Shown here in pieces: positions 25,668 to 37,576 of a stretch of 64,000 nucleotides of DNA. The stretch covers positions 2,470,187 to 2,534,186 of the forward strand of contig NW_015161404.1 of NCBI RefSeq assembly GCF_001447785.1, written 5' to 3'. The notes under the pieces are model-generated. The model made no database searches and was not told where the DNA came from. It saw nothing but the letters and a program-made list of their open reading frames with translations. A program made the position numbers and the translations under genes. Within the stretch, counting starts at the first letter, position 1, and each line of letters starts with the position of its first letter. Source of the stretch: Gekko japonicus (Eukaryota).

Positions 25668-26308
25668 CTGAAACACAAGTGCACACACACAAAAAGAAAA
25701 TCATAGTTGTGAGGAAAGAACCAGCATAAATTGATGGCTGAGATCAGCAAATTGCATGAAAGACAGTCTGGTATTTAAGAGAGTACAAAATAAGTATTCT
25801 CAACATAATAATCATAATAGTAGCTTCTATAAAGAATTTTAGCGTGTTCAGAGTACTTCACATACATTGTGCTTTGACCACACTTTAAAGGACAGACTGA
25901 GCTACAATAACCCCTCAAAAATAAATCATAATTTATTGGAAACTGTAGAATATACTAGTGGTGAACTTCCAGTTTTGTCACAGTATGTCTCAAGCATGGT
26001 ACCGGTGTAACTTATCCTTGTAGTGGTGGTGGTGGTGATTGACATGTCTTGTTTAAAACTGTAACTCCTAATGGGGGAAAGTATTTTAAATAAATAATAT
26101 GACTTACACAAACAGAGTTCCTGAACAAGGGCACACGAATTCAGCAAGCTGCAGCACTCCTGGCTTGATAATTTTATCTCCAAACCCGAATAAAGGAATT
26201 GGTACTTGGTGAGAAAATGTTCCCCATGGTATATTTTGAATACCAGCTATATTCTTTTCCATTGATAATGTGCAGCTCCCTCTGTCTGCCAAGAATAGAG
26301 CTGACTAC

Positions 26309-27093
26309 GAGGGCTTCCGGTCTGGCTAAGATGGAGGACTGAAGCGTTTCGCGATCGTGCGAAGCGAGCGACGGCCACTTTCGACAGTTTGGGCAATATA
26401 CAGCCCAACACATCACTCCCCAGCGAGGGGGGGGGACAAGCAGGCAGCAGCGCCCTAGAGGGAGTGTGAGGTTGGCGTAATCCAGCTTCGGAAGAAGCTG
26501 AATTGGGCTTTGACCTCCTCCCACGAAGAAGGCAAGTGCCAAGCAACTCTATAGTGGCCGATCGAGCCGGGATACCGGCATAAATTCTTCGTCAGCAGAC
26601 TTCTTTGAAGAAGGACAACAACTGTGAGTTAAAAGAAACAATGCGAAACCCGTTTTGAACGTGCTAGATAACAAAAACGTGCCGCTTACCTGAACTGAGT
26701 TTGGAGTCAATTTGAATTAAGCGGTTGAGCGGAAAATGAATAGTAAATCCCAGAAATCCGATTCCGGAGAGAAAAAAGTTGATTGAAGCCTTTAAAAACT
26801 GTAAAAACGCTTATTGTTTAACATTCCTGTGGTGAAGATGGAGCCGTGTGCGCAACTGTAAAATCGAAACTCACGAACAATAGCGTGGGAAGAGCAGGCT
26901 GGTGTCACAAAGAAAGAGGTCCGTGTGAAACATCCAGGAAGTTGAATTCCTAGACGGGCATTAGCGAAAGGAAGACAGTGGAACTTTTAAAGGTGCCGGA
27001 CCGGAAACTGGGAATGGGGTAGACAATTGATAGAATGAAATGTTTTACATGTTGTATTCCTGAGAAAATAAAAAATTTGTTTACCAAAAAAAA
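26309..27093 (+). mobile_element. ORF-less L1-type non-autonomous retroelement (or retrocopy)
   Basis: Perfect 18-bp TSD AAGAATAGAGCTGACTAC; 5' gagggcttccgg..aagatgg; AATAAA and poly(A); CpG-rich. Confidence 0.8.
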
Positions 27094-27173
27094 AAGAATA
27101 GAGCTGACTACATGAAGGCACTAGGAAGCATGTAGAATGAATAAGAATGAGTGAAATCATGACCTAGGAAATC

Positions 27174-27568
27174 CAGGGCTATTTTTGGGCAGGAACGCAC
27201 AGGAACGGAGTTCCGGCTGGCTCCCAAGTTGGCCACGCCCAGCAGGAACTCATTAGCATAATGGGCCACACCCAACAGCAGAAACTCATTAGGATTGGCT
27301 ACATATGGGGTGTGTGGCCTAACATGCAAAAGAGTTCCTGCTACAAAAAAGCCCTGGGTTTTGACAACAAACAAGGTAAACAGAATAACAAGCAAAAGGT
27401 GGGTGTGGCTGGATAACCACACTTCTGGTAACATGGGGGTGCAGCCTAATGTGCTAATGAGCTGTGCTGTCAGGGGTGTGGCCCAATATGCTAATGAGTT
27501 CCTGCTGTTGGGTGTGGCCTATTATGCTAATGAGTTCCTGCTGGGCTTTTTCGACAAAAAGAGCCCTG
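27174..27568 (+). mobile_element. hAT MITE (CAGGGCTTTTT family), close relative of 2982-3357
   Basis: Same TIRs and body; imperfect TSD ggaaat(a)c. Confidence 0.88.
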
Positions 27569-27905
27569 GGAAATACTCTGTGCTGACTTTCCCTATGAAA
27601 CATTTTGGAATATTGACTACAATTGTCATAGAGTCCATGTGAGGATTATGAAGAGCCCAGATCTTGTTACGGCTAGCTCAGATAAGACTAGAAATATCAA
27701 AGTTTTTATTAGAACTAACCAATATATCACAAAGTTGTAAACAAGCTTTAGAGTGCTCCAGAACTCTTTGACAAACCACTGGTTTCCATTTGAAAGGTTT
27801 GAAAGTGAATAAAGGATGTATTGCAGGTTTAAGTGCCTTAGGTGATATTGAGGTTAGGATTAGGTAATGCTGGATGCAAGACGGGAATGGTCCTGCTCTG
27901 ACCTG

Positions 27906-27990
27906 GTATTTTTGGCCACTGTGTGACAGAGTGTTGGACTAGATGGGCCATTGGCTTGATCCAGCATTGGCCTCTCTTATGTTCTTATGA
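27906..27990 (+). mobile_element. CR1 extreme 3' end
   Basis: gttggactagatgggcc...cttatgttcttatg. Confidence 0.75.
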
Positions 27991-28239
27991 CCTACAGGCC
28001 CTGTTCTACCCTGCCCTCCAAGGTTTTCCCAACACTGGGAGGGGCTTTTTTCTCTCTCTCTCTGTTCGACTGCTGCCGCCACCTGACCTTTATAGGAATT
28101 GCCCACTGGGAGGGTCAGGACTCCCAGCTTACCTTCCAAGTTCTGAGGACTTGCCTCTGTGTCTCCTGCTACCCAGTGCCTGGTTACCATGGGGACAGCT
28201 TACTGCCTCATGAACCACTGGGGGTTAGCCACTTGCCAA

Positions 28240-28378
28240 CTGATTGCCCTCTGAAGAAGTGTGCATGTTCACAAAACCTTATACCCAGAATTAAACCTTT
28301 GTTGGTCTTAAAGGTGTCACTGGACTCAAACTTTGTTCTGTTGCTTCAGTCCAACATGGCTCTGTCCACCTGAATCAG
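28240..28378 (+). mobile_element. Penelope-like terminal repeat with decayed hammerhead
   Basis: ctgaagaagtgtgcatgttcacaaaacc, then ttggtcttaaaggtgtcactggactc. Confidence 0.65.
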
Positions 28379-29671
28379 GTTTCAAGACTGCCATTCTCCC
28401 TTTGAAAATATAATGTGATCAGTCAGAGCCATAGATACTATAATTTAGAAGGACTGGGGCTTCATGGGGCTGGGGCTCCTTTGGATCTCATGCTACAGTG
28501 CTATCTTTTTCACAGTCCGTTCCATACTAATAGCAGTGCAATCCTATGCAGAGTCTCTGCCCATTGGATTGCATAGGCTTGCATGGTGAACTTTCTATGT
28601 CTTCAGAAAGAAGACTGCAAAACAATACTATTAATTACTATTAGATCAACTTTTGTAAGGGAAGTTTAGAGTTTATTGAATGCTTAATTTGTTGCACAAA
28701 TCTAAAGGAATTCTTAAAAGATTTACCATGATTTCGTGAGATCTTCAGTTATTTAGCTCTTACTTAAAACCAGCTTTAGGACTCAGATGTTTCTCATGCT
28801 ATAACCATGAACTCTGCTCTCCATTACTCAACAGTGCTGACTGCTATTATGCGTGCATATTCCTGAGGTCAAAGACCGCGACGTTATCCTTACCCATATT
28901 CTTAGTGTAAGTCTTGCCACGGGTGATAATTGCTGTGGAACATTGTTCATAAAAAAGAGTAACCTTTCCAAGAAAGATTCAAGGTTAAAGTTACCCTATA
29001 TTTATACCTTTTCAATCCTTTTCAACTTAGCTTGGTGGCAATTCTTCCATGCTTCTTATTCAAAGTGTGAAGATGTTCTAGTTCCTTTATAGGCATCACA
29101 AGTATGTGTAATTGGGTTCAGAGTAAGGGGTGAGGGGATAATAAGGAATGAACTAAACAAAAGTGTGGTTTGGAAGTTCACACTTTATAGAAGACTAGGC
29201 CTCTGAAATGCTCACAGGAATATGCATGAAATAAGCTTGCATACCGTCTAACATTTTGCAGATGAAAATAGGGAAAATATGCTTCAGTTTTCATGATAAA
29301 GATTACTGCCCAAGCCTCTAACTTGTTACACATTGCTGAAGGCCACACTCCATCTGCTATATGCTCTGTTAATTTATGCTACAATTACCCGTCTTCCAGT
29401 GACTTAAAAACTAGGAAACTGTTCATTATAAAAACACAATTGTCCTACGCTAATGGCAACTTAATGCTTGAGCATATGCATTTTACATAAATGTGCTGAT
29501 GAATGACAACTTTATGTTAGCATACATTTTGTTAGTCTTTAAGGTGCCACTGCACTTCTGTTCTATTTTTATGGAGAATTAGGAATCACAGAGGGTGTTA
29601 CTTTAACTTTACATATAGTATAGAGTTTATTACACACATTCAAATGGTAGTTTAAAAAAGCATGACTGACT

Positions 29672-29673
<2 letters not shown>

Positions 29674-29713
<40 letters not shown>
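29674..29713. repeat. (CT)n microsatellite
   Basis: Direct observation. Confidence 0.95.
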
Positions 29714-29717
<4 letters not shown>

Positions 29718-29901
29718 AAAGCTGATGCATGACTGGGATAGTGCAAGTGGGAAAAGCAGCTTGTGAAAGGAGGGGGGGATGTACTGGCTAGGAAAGGGTT
29801 AAGTGCTTTCTGCCTTTCATTAAACATTTGCATGTAACACAGGCCCGAAGCTAACAACTTTTTGCTCAGGGGGCCCATATTTTTCTTAGGGGGGCCACTA
29901 C

Positions 29902-30106
29902 CAATGTTCCCTCTAAGCTGTGGAGTTTTCTGAGCAAAACTTCTACTTTGTGAGCTACTGCCATTAAAGCTGTGAGTGAGCGATTTGGCTACAGCATAAA
30001 TTAGTTTGCTCTGGAGCCCTCCTTCCTGAGCCAAGGCCAAAAGATGTGAGCTAGAGGCTAAAAACTGTGCGCTAGCTCACACTAACTCAGCTTAGAGGGA
30101 ACACTG
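29902..30106. mobile_element. MITE with 19-bp TIR CAGTGTTCCCTCTAAGCTG (hAT-like)
   Basis: caatgttccctctaagctg ... cagcttagagggaacactg. Confidence 0.8.
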
Positions 30107-30287
30107 TCTGTGAGGTAGGTGGGGCTGAGAGGGCTCTTTCCAGAACTGCCCTTTCAAGAACAGCTCTGAAAAAAGTTGTAACTGACCCAAGGTCACCCAG
30201 CAGGTGCAAGTGAAGGAGAGGGGAATCAAACTCGGTTCTCCCAGATTAGAGTCTGTGCACTTAACCACTACCCCAAACTGGCTCTCA
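30107..30287 (-). mobile_element. Squam3 SINE, 5' portion
   Basis: Same body as 53835-54127. Confidence 0.85.
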
Positions 30288-31917
30288 GAGACAGAGATGG
30301 CCAGGTAGACAGACAGATGGACAGGCAGAGACAGATGCCCTTCCCACCACGGCATGGCAAGCCGTCGAGGACACGCTTCCCTAGCGAGCCAGCAGAGGAG
30401 GAGGGGGGGATGCTGCGGGGAAAGGGCAATAGCAGCTGAGCTGTTGCACCGCCGGTCCACAAAGAAAGCAGGGAGGGGAGGCTCCAGCCAGTCCTGGAGG
30501 GGTTATGATCCCCGTGCCACAAACGCAATGCTGCCCGGCTCATAGCCCGAACCCGCACTGGCGGCGGCTCAGAAAGCCCTCAGTTGCTGTGAGCCCCGCT
30601 GCTGCCACTGCTGGCACATCTGGGAGGCATCCAGGTGGGGAGAGAAGTGTCTCTTTCGCCACTCCTCCTCCCTCCATTCCTGGAATGCAGCGGCCAACTT
30701 TCTGAGAGACGCCGGTGCCTTCCCACCAGTTGCCACCCCTCCCTGGGGGATGCTGCCCTGCCTCCCCGGGAGCACCATGCCCTGCAAAGGAGGGGGGGCA
30801 GTTTCCTGGGAATCGGACGGGGGGGGACTACAACAACCTTTCTCTCTCTCCCTTTCTCTCTCCCTCCCTCCCCCCATCAATCCTGAGCAGCCAAACCGGT
30901 CAGCTCCAAAACCCGGCGCCTCCCCCCCCCAATCCCTCCTTTCCTGTCCATCTCCTCTCTCTCTCTCTCTCCCTCCCCAGGGCCGAAGGAAGGCGCTCAG
31001 TCCGCCACGACCACCGCGCCCCAAGGCGACCGGCTCCCACTGCCACCTCCTTCTCCAGCATCCCACAGGCGCTACGCCGCCCGCCCGGGTGATCCTTCCC
31101 CTCCACCCCACCCGCCACTTTCTTAAGCCAGGGCACTGCCGGGCCTCTCCCCTCTAAGGAAGGGGGAGAGGGGTTTGGTCCTGTGGGAACGTCAGGGCTT
31201 TGCTTTCACTTTCCCACAGGGCTGTTTATCCGACCGCTCCTGCAAGACTGGAGTGGCGCTCTCATTCTAAACATTCATTCTAAACATTCCTCCTCTCCCT
31301 TCCGGATCGCCGCCGCTCTAAACAACTTCACAGTTTAACCCAACAGAGGGAGGGAGGGAGGGGGAGCTTTAACCCACCCCGCCCGTGCCGCTGTCCCCAG
31401 CCACGAGGGCGCACTTGAAAATAAGGTCTGCAATACACACACAACATCGCGGGATAGTTTTGCCATTGAGCGGGCAATTGCACGTCTGCAAACTGCCGCC
31501 CCGACCTCTGGCATCCCGCAGGCGCTACGCCAGCCACCCAGGCGATCCTCCCCTTCACCCCACCCGCTGCTTTCTTAAGCCAGGGCACTGCCAGGCCTCT
31601 CCAAGGCTAGGAGGCTGGCCAGGTGGCGGGGAGCAGCAGCAGCGGTGGGTCTCCTTGGGAGGAGGAGAAGGCAAAGTTGCCAGAAGGCTCGGCCTCCTCC
31701 TCCTCATCCTCCGTGGCCAGGCAGGGGGCAGTGGGATGCTGGAGAAGGAGGCGGTGGTGGCAACCACAACCGGTGGCAGCGCTGACCTTGGAGGGTGGTG
31801 GCATCGAGGGGCGGGGGGAGGAGTGGGGAGCAGAGGAGGGGGAGGGGTTCCGCAAAACTCACGGGGGGTGGGCCCCAAGGGCCCCATGCAGGCTACGGGC
31901 CTGATGTAACATTTAGT
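30288..31917 (+). mobile_element. GC-rich non-autonomous element, probably Helitron-like
   Basis: (GACA)-like microsatellite near the start; internal direct and inverted repeats; degenerate 3' hairpin gccccatgcaggctacgggc followed by ttagt. Confidence 0.5.
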
Positions 31918-33160
31918 TAGATCCTGAGGCTCAGCAATATGAGTTCTCACAGAATGCCCCACTGACTTTTTAGCACCACTCTGCTTTGGGCCCTTGAAGA
32001 TGTCAAGCCACTTGGTGGCTATCCTAGGTTTCTCCCCGGTAGTGCACCACTCTCCTGAGCTCACAGAACTCCAGGAGGGGTCCCTTGCTTCTCTCTGGGT
32101 AATTACACTGCCACTAGCTGGTTTATTAGAGTATTTCCCACTAAGAGGGCCGGCACTCTGTCTGCATTGCTATTTATAGGATATGCCTAGTGCTTGTCTT
32201 TCTTTTGCTCTGACTAGCCTTCTCAGGGATGGCTTACTGCACTTGCACACTCCCATGGATCTAACAGTCTACTGACCAACTGCCTCCGTTCCCCTGGTAC
32301 CCTTTTAGTAAAGTGTTTAAGTGGAGCTCATCATGGTTATGGAATACAAACTTTCAACATTCAAAGTAATAAGAAATTTATTAAAAATAAAATGACTGTG
32401 AGACAGGATTTTTTCACAGATATGTTCTTCGCTGATAATCAAGATATGTTAACTTATTTAACAATACATATCATTTTGACAAAACTACACCCAAAAAAAT
32501 AACACAATGTGCATGCACATGATCGACACAGCAATGGATTGAGCGAGGTTACATACAAACATTCATCTATCTGTTGACTGACTGTTGTTATTCTAGGGTA
32601 GGCTGTTTACTCTTTAAGTTACAGCTTTCTATCAGTCATCCATTACTTTGAGTCAGTGTCCAGGCTGCCGGACCATTTGTTACTGCCACATGGCAATGGC
32701 AGCCATCCAGATAGATTCAAGATGGACCTAGCAAAATGAACCTGCAAAAATGGACCTTGTTCCCCTTGTCTCTGGGGAATTTAACTCCTTTATCTGCCTA
32801 CCTCCTGGTGGGTCAGTCCTTCTTTTCCTGTCTTTCCCAGGAAGAGATACAATCTAGCATTTGGCCTCCCCAGTCTCTGTCCCCACCTAGGTGTCACATT
32901 CCTGCCAGGGTGTGAGATGACTAGAACCATCTGCATAACCAAGCTTTAACTACTGAGTCCTTAGAATAGCCATCAATGGGATGGGGTTACTAGAGAGCAA
33001 TTAACCACTTTCCTGCTTCTTGTCATTGTACCATCAGAGAAACGTCTTAAAATGAGTGTGGGGATTTTGTAGCCCCAAACTCTCCATAGTCTAATATAGC
33101 CCAAAGTGGAGTGCATTTCTCCACAAAAGTAACTAAATTCTACCTATGCTCAAACTTGTT
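31905..33160 (-). mobile_element. Possible LTR/ERV remnant
   Basis: Begins tgtaaca; LTR-like composition; termini and TSD not confirmed. Confidence 0.3.
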
Positions 33161-34670
33161 TACATTTTGCAAAGCCATCTAGTCCTAAACTAGATTTTAA
33201 AGTAGTAACACTGTCTTTAGCCCAACATGCTCATATAAATATTCTGCGCTTTTAGTTATAATTCACTTTTATCCTACAAATATTTACAGACCTGCTGTGA
33301 TCAAAATCCTGCTAGATTGCACCTATTCTTTAGAAAAGAGGTATGAATGCCCACTGTAATAAGCTACCCTACTGAAGGATAAATTCATTTTGACCAACAA
33401 GCTTTGGATGCACACAGCCATTTCCAAGGTACTTGGAATGAATTCAAAGATGTAATGCAAACAAATTATCTACTTCTTGGTTTCTCCGAAATCTTTCATG
33501 TGAAATATAAGTTCCAAATAATATGTTTAATGTGAGACTCTTCAGTCACCCTGCTGATAATGCCTGCCAGTGCAAATGGAAATTTGAATTGTTCACAGGA
33601 GCAAAGGTTGGCTTGTCTAAGTATGTTAGAAACAATACACAATAGCAATTTATAATCTTTTCTTGACAGTTCTACTAACGTTTATAAAGGTCCAGAACAA
33701 GAGATGGAAATTCAACTCCCCTAATTTTCTCATTTCAGATATGATCAGATAAATCACCCAAGATTTAGCAAATCAAGTGGAAGTAATTAGGGGGGGATAA
33801 GGCCTTTAAATTCCTCAGTTTTAAGCCGCATTATATTTGAATGCAAGAACAGGTATTAATTTGGTTTGATGCTTGACACACTTCCCAAGACAAGGGATAA
33901 CAATCAAAAGACCTTTTCTTTTGCATTTCTCTTATCATTGTTGTTTATCAGATTCAGGTGCGCTTCATAGAGACTCTGGTAGTCTTATTGTTCAGTGGAA
34001 ATCAGATGCCACTAAACTGTAGTTCTGAATACACTTGACCAGTAGCTTGATATTTGTTCACTCATGCAGATAAGTTTATCAAAACATATTAGATGGAATA
34101 ATACCCGAGTCAATGCCTGGACTCATATTTCCTAGTATTGTAGCATTTAAGAATCCAACTGATGACTGGAATTTTCCCTCTATTGATATTTATAAAGTTA
34201 TACAAACATATATGAACCAATGACATAGCTTGGCGTGACAACCAAAGGAGATTTGGAATTATGGTAATCTCTCCAGATCAAGTCACACTGAGTCATAACA
34301 CTCATGCTAGATATAGATAACGAAGGAAAACACAAAAATATCCTTAATTACTAGGGTTGCCAACAGGCTTGGAGGAAAAAAAAGTCTTGGCCCTCTAACA
34401 GAGCCTTTATGTGAGGAAATGGGCAGCTGAAGCTTTTTATGGCATGGAGGTGAACAACATGACTTGGTAAATAAAACCTGGCTGCACTTGCCCATAACGG
34501 GTGTTCATTGGGTGTTCTTCTGTGCAGGCACAAAAGAGAACTGCACATGCATGGGTCAGCCACAGATGTTTTAAATGCTCCTGACAGCACAAGGCACTCT
34601 CCCATGCTTTGCTGTGGTAACCCACCAAAAAAGCCTATAAAAGGAGGGAAAGGAGTCTCCCTCCTTCAGG

Positions 34671-35078
34671 TGTCAGCTATGCTGCCATGGGGCTTTGGGA
34701 GTTCATTCTGTCTCTGGTTAATTGCTATTGCATTCCTATCTCTGCTGTTCTGCCTGTGCCGCAATGCTTATCTCTACAGATGTGCAGGAGGATGTTGTGT
34801 TGGAGGTTGTATTGTCTGGAAGTCTCCTATGTACTGTGAGAGACTACTGCTTCCCAGCGTTCGCCACCTAACGGTTTCCTAGCTGGTCCCGCGCACGGGA
34901 GGGTAGCTAATTGGCCCATGCCATGGGGGGGGGTGCATACGAATGCCCTATATCCTATTATGCTCAATGGGTTACCACCATTCTTAACAGTGCCTGTGTT
35001 ACTGCATCTATAGCTTTGCAATAAAAGTATAACCGTTCCTGAATGTGTGTACTTCGTTGTAAGCTGTGGGTTCTGACA
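34671..35078 (+). mobile_element. Solo LTR inserted in the DIRS terminal region
   Basis: TGTCAG...CTGACA; perfect 5-bp TSD TCAGG; AATAAA near 35020. Confidence 0.88.
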
Positions 35079-35507
35079 TCAGGTCATTGAGATTGTTGTT
35101 GGAGAAGGTACAACTGGGAATCACCATAAGTGCTTACAACAGAGACAAAGAGAGGGATGTGTGCCCACACAAAATACTTGAAGAACAGTACAGGTAAGTG
35201 CAAACATGTTTTCATTGTTGTATCTTCTGTACAGTTCCACATGCGAGATTGCCAAGGAGATAGGAGTGATGGTTTTAATGAAACAAACTATTCAGGACAG
35301 CTCTGCCCACAGCAGAATCGCCTCTGGCATCTATGTTGGTCTCATTGTGTTTCACAAACATTGACAGCGTGGACCACATGGCTGCCTTACAAATGTCCTG
35401 GAGGGGAACTCCTCATCTGAAGACAAAAAGGCCTGAGATCTAGTGGAAGGAGCCATGATCGGAAAGGGCAGGAGATGCTGGCCTCTTTGTAATGTTCATG
35501 AATGAGA

Positions 35508-35857
35508 CAGTATAAATAGATCGCATAACTCTTCTATACCAACCTACTCCAAATTTGTACGCATCTGGATTCCAGAATTAGAAAATATGGTGGCACAAGG
35601 TTTTCTCCCTTCAAACCAAATATATCAAAAATGAATGTATCTATACTGCGGTTCATTGTATAATATACTGTGGGTCATTACAGCTCATGACTACTCATTA
35701 TAGATCAGTTAAATGCAGAATAAATTGCTCTCTTATATAGTTTCCTGTTTAACTTGTTTTTCAATGTCTGTTGTATATGGTTTTTACACTGTTTTAATAT
35801 TTACATTGCATTTTAATCTGTAATGCCTAAACAATATGCAATAAAAGTGATTAAAAA
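35508..35857 (+). mobile_element. L1-like 3' fragment inserted in the DIRS YR
   Basis: 10-bp TSD ATGAATGAGA; KFVRIWIP-like ORF2 end; AATAAA and A-tail. Confidence 0.75.
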
Positions 35858-35981
35858 ATGAATGAGAAATATAATCCAACATGAAATTGTTTGAGAGGAA
35901 ACTTTAGAACCATTCTTGGGTCCCTTAGAGGCTCCAAAAGGTTCTTGTCTGGCATGTGCTGTGCAATAAAAAATGGGGCAT

Positions 35982-36281
35982 CAAACACATCTCCCATTAA
36001 CTATAGAAACAAAATAATAGTAGTATGGTACCCTATAATAAGCTATATGGTAGAAAAAGACATCATTCCTAATAATCCCCTATACCATGATATGATGTAT
36101 TTTTAATTTGATAAAGAGGGAACAACTCTAGGATGTATAAGTACTTTGATTTAACAAAATACTGAATGTGACAGATTTATAGTAGATTATAACAAATATG
36201 TGATATGAAATGGTATAATGATGATAAAAGGTTATGTGTGGTTGAACTGTTGAAAAGTTGTAATGTTTAAAGGGTTAATTT
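35982..36281 (+). mobile_element. Second L1-like 3' fragment inserted in the DIRS YR
   Basis: 15-bp TSD TAAAAAATGGGGCAT; VWYPII-like ORF2 end; AT-rich 3' UTR. Confidence 0.75.
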
Positions 36282-37576
36282 TAAAAAATGGGGCATGCTT
36301 TGCATCCAGAGAATAATACCTTTTCTTTATTATCATTTGGCAAGGGAACAAAGATGGGAAGTACTGTGTTAAGGTGGAAGGAGGAGACTGCCTTTGCAAG
36401 AAAGGGGAGATTGGGACAAAGTACAACCTTTTCATTATGAAACTTGAGGAAAGGAGGGTCCAAACTGAGTGCCTGAATCTCATTCACTCTCCTGGTAGAA
36501 GTGATAGCTACCAAGAAGGCAGTCTTAGGTGAAAGGAGTTGCAGAGAGCAGTTACCTTTGGCTGAAAGAGTTTAGACATAAGCTTTGAGAGGACTAGAGA
36601 AAGAGCGGGGAGAATGGTGGTGGTGGTGGAATAAAAGTTAGCCAATACTTTGAGGAAGGGTTTAGATTTGGATTGTGTGAAGATCAACTTTCTAGGTACA
36701 GAAAGAACAACTAGGGGGTCAATCCCTGATACAGCAGATCAGTGAAGTGACCTTTTCCATTTAGATAGTTAAGACCTCCTGGCGGAGTATTTTTTAGCCT
36801 CCAAGAGGATCTTTAGTGCTGATTGGGAAAACGTCAAGTTAGAGGTTGGATAAAGCAGACTGTGGAAGTGATGGTACAATACCTCTATGGACCATACCAG
36901 ATCTGGGGCAGGGGGAGAGAATATATGTTCTGTTTCCTGCTGTGTGAACTAGAATGGAGAAACAGTTCTGCCTCGGCCAGTATGGGGTGATGAGGATGGC
37001 AGACATCCCTTCATGCAGCATTTTCATGAGGGTATAAGTGAATAAAGGAAGGGGGGGAAGACATAACATACATTGTTCTGCCAAGAGATTTGAAAAGCAT
37101 TCTTGAGAGAAGACATGTCCCTCTTTGCCCTTGAACAAAAAGTTTTGCATTTCATGTTGAGGGAAGTGACAAATTGGCCAAAGAGGGAGTTCCCCATGTC
37201 AAGAACATGGAGATGAGAAATCCATTGGTGACAGACCATTCATGACTGTCCTGGAACAAATGGTTCAGAGCATCCACTAGGCCATTATCCCTTTCTGCTA
37301 TATGAATGGCCTGGATACCCATTCCTAGATGAGAAAGGCCTCCTGTGCCACCTCACCTGTTTGAATAATGCTGTAGTGTTGTCCATATATACCTGGATAT
37401 TTTCCCCCTGAACAAGGGGTAGACAAGCTGTCAGAGAAAATCCACTCTGAGTTTGAAGACATTATATGTGAATTGCTCTCATGAAGAAACCACAGCCCAT
37501 TCACCTGACTGTCCAAACACGGAGCCCCCCAGACAGTGAGATTTCAGTGACTAGAGGCACATAAATGGGGGTAGGT

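Noticed and set aside
30569-32064. Several 120-180 aa ORFs on both strands
   Set aside because: Products of GC-rich low-complexity repeat sequence, with no domain or splice support
36839-37239. Methyltransferase-like motifs as a novel or horizontally acquired gene
   Set aside because: An MT-like domain is an established part of DIRS1 elements, and here it is frameshifted
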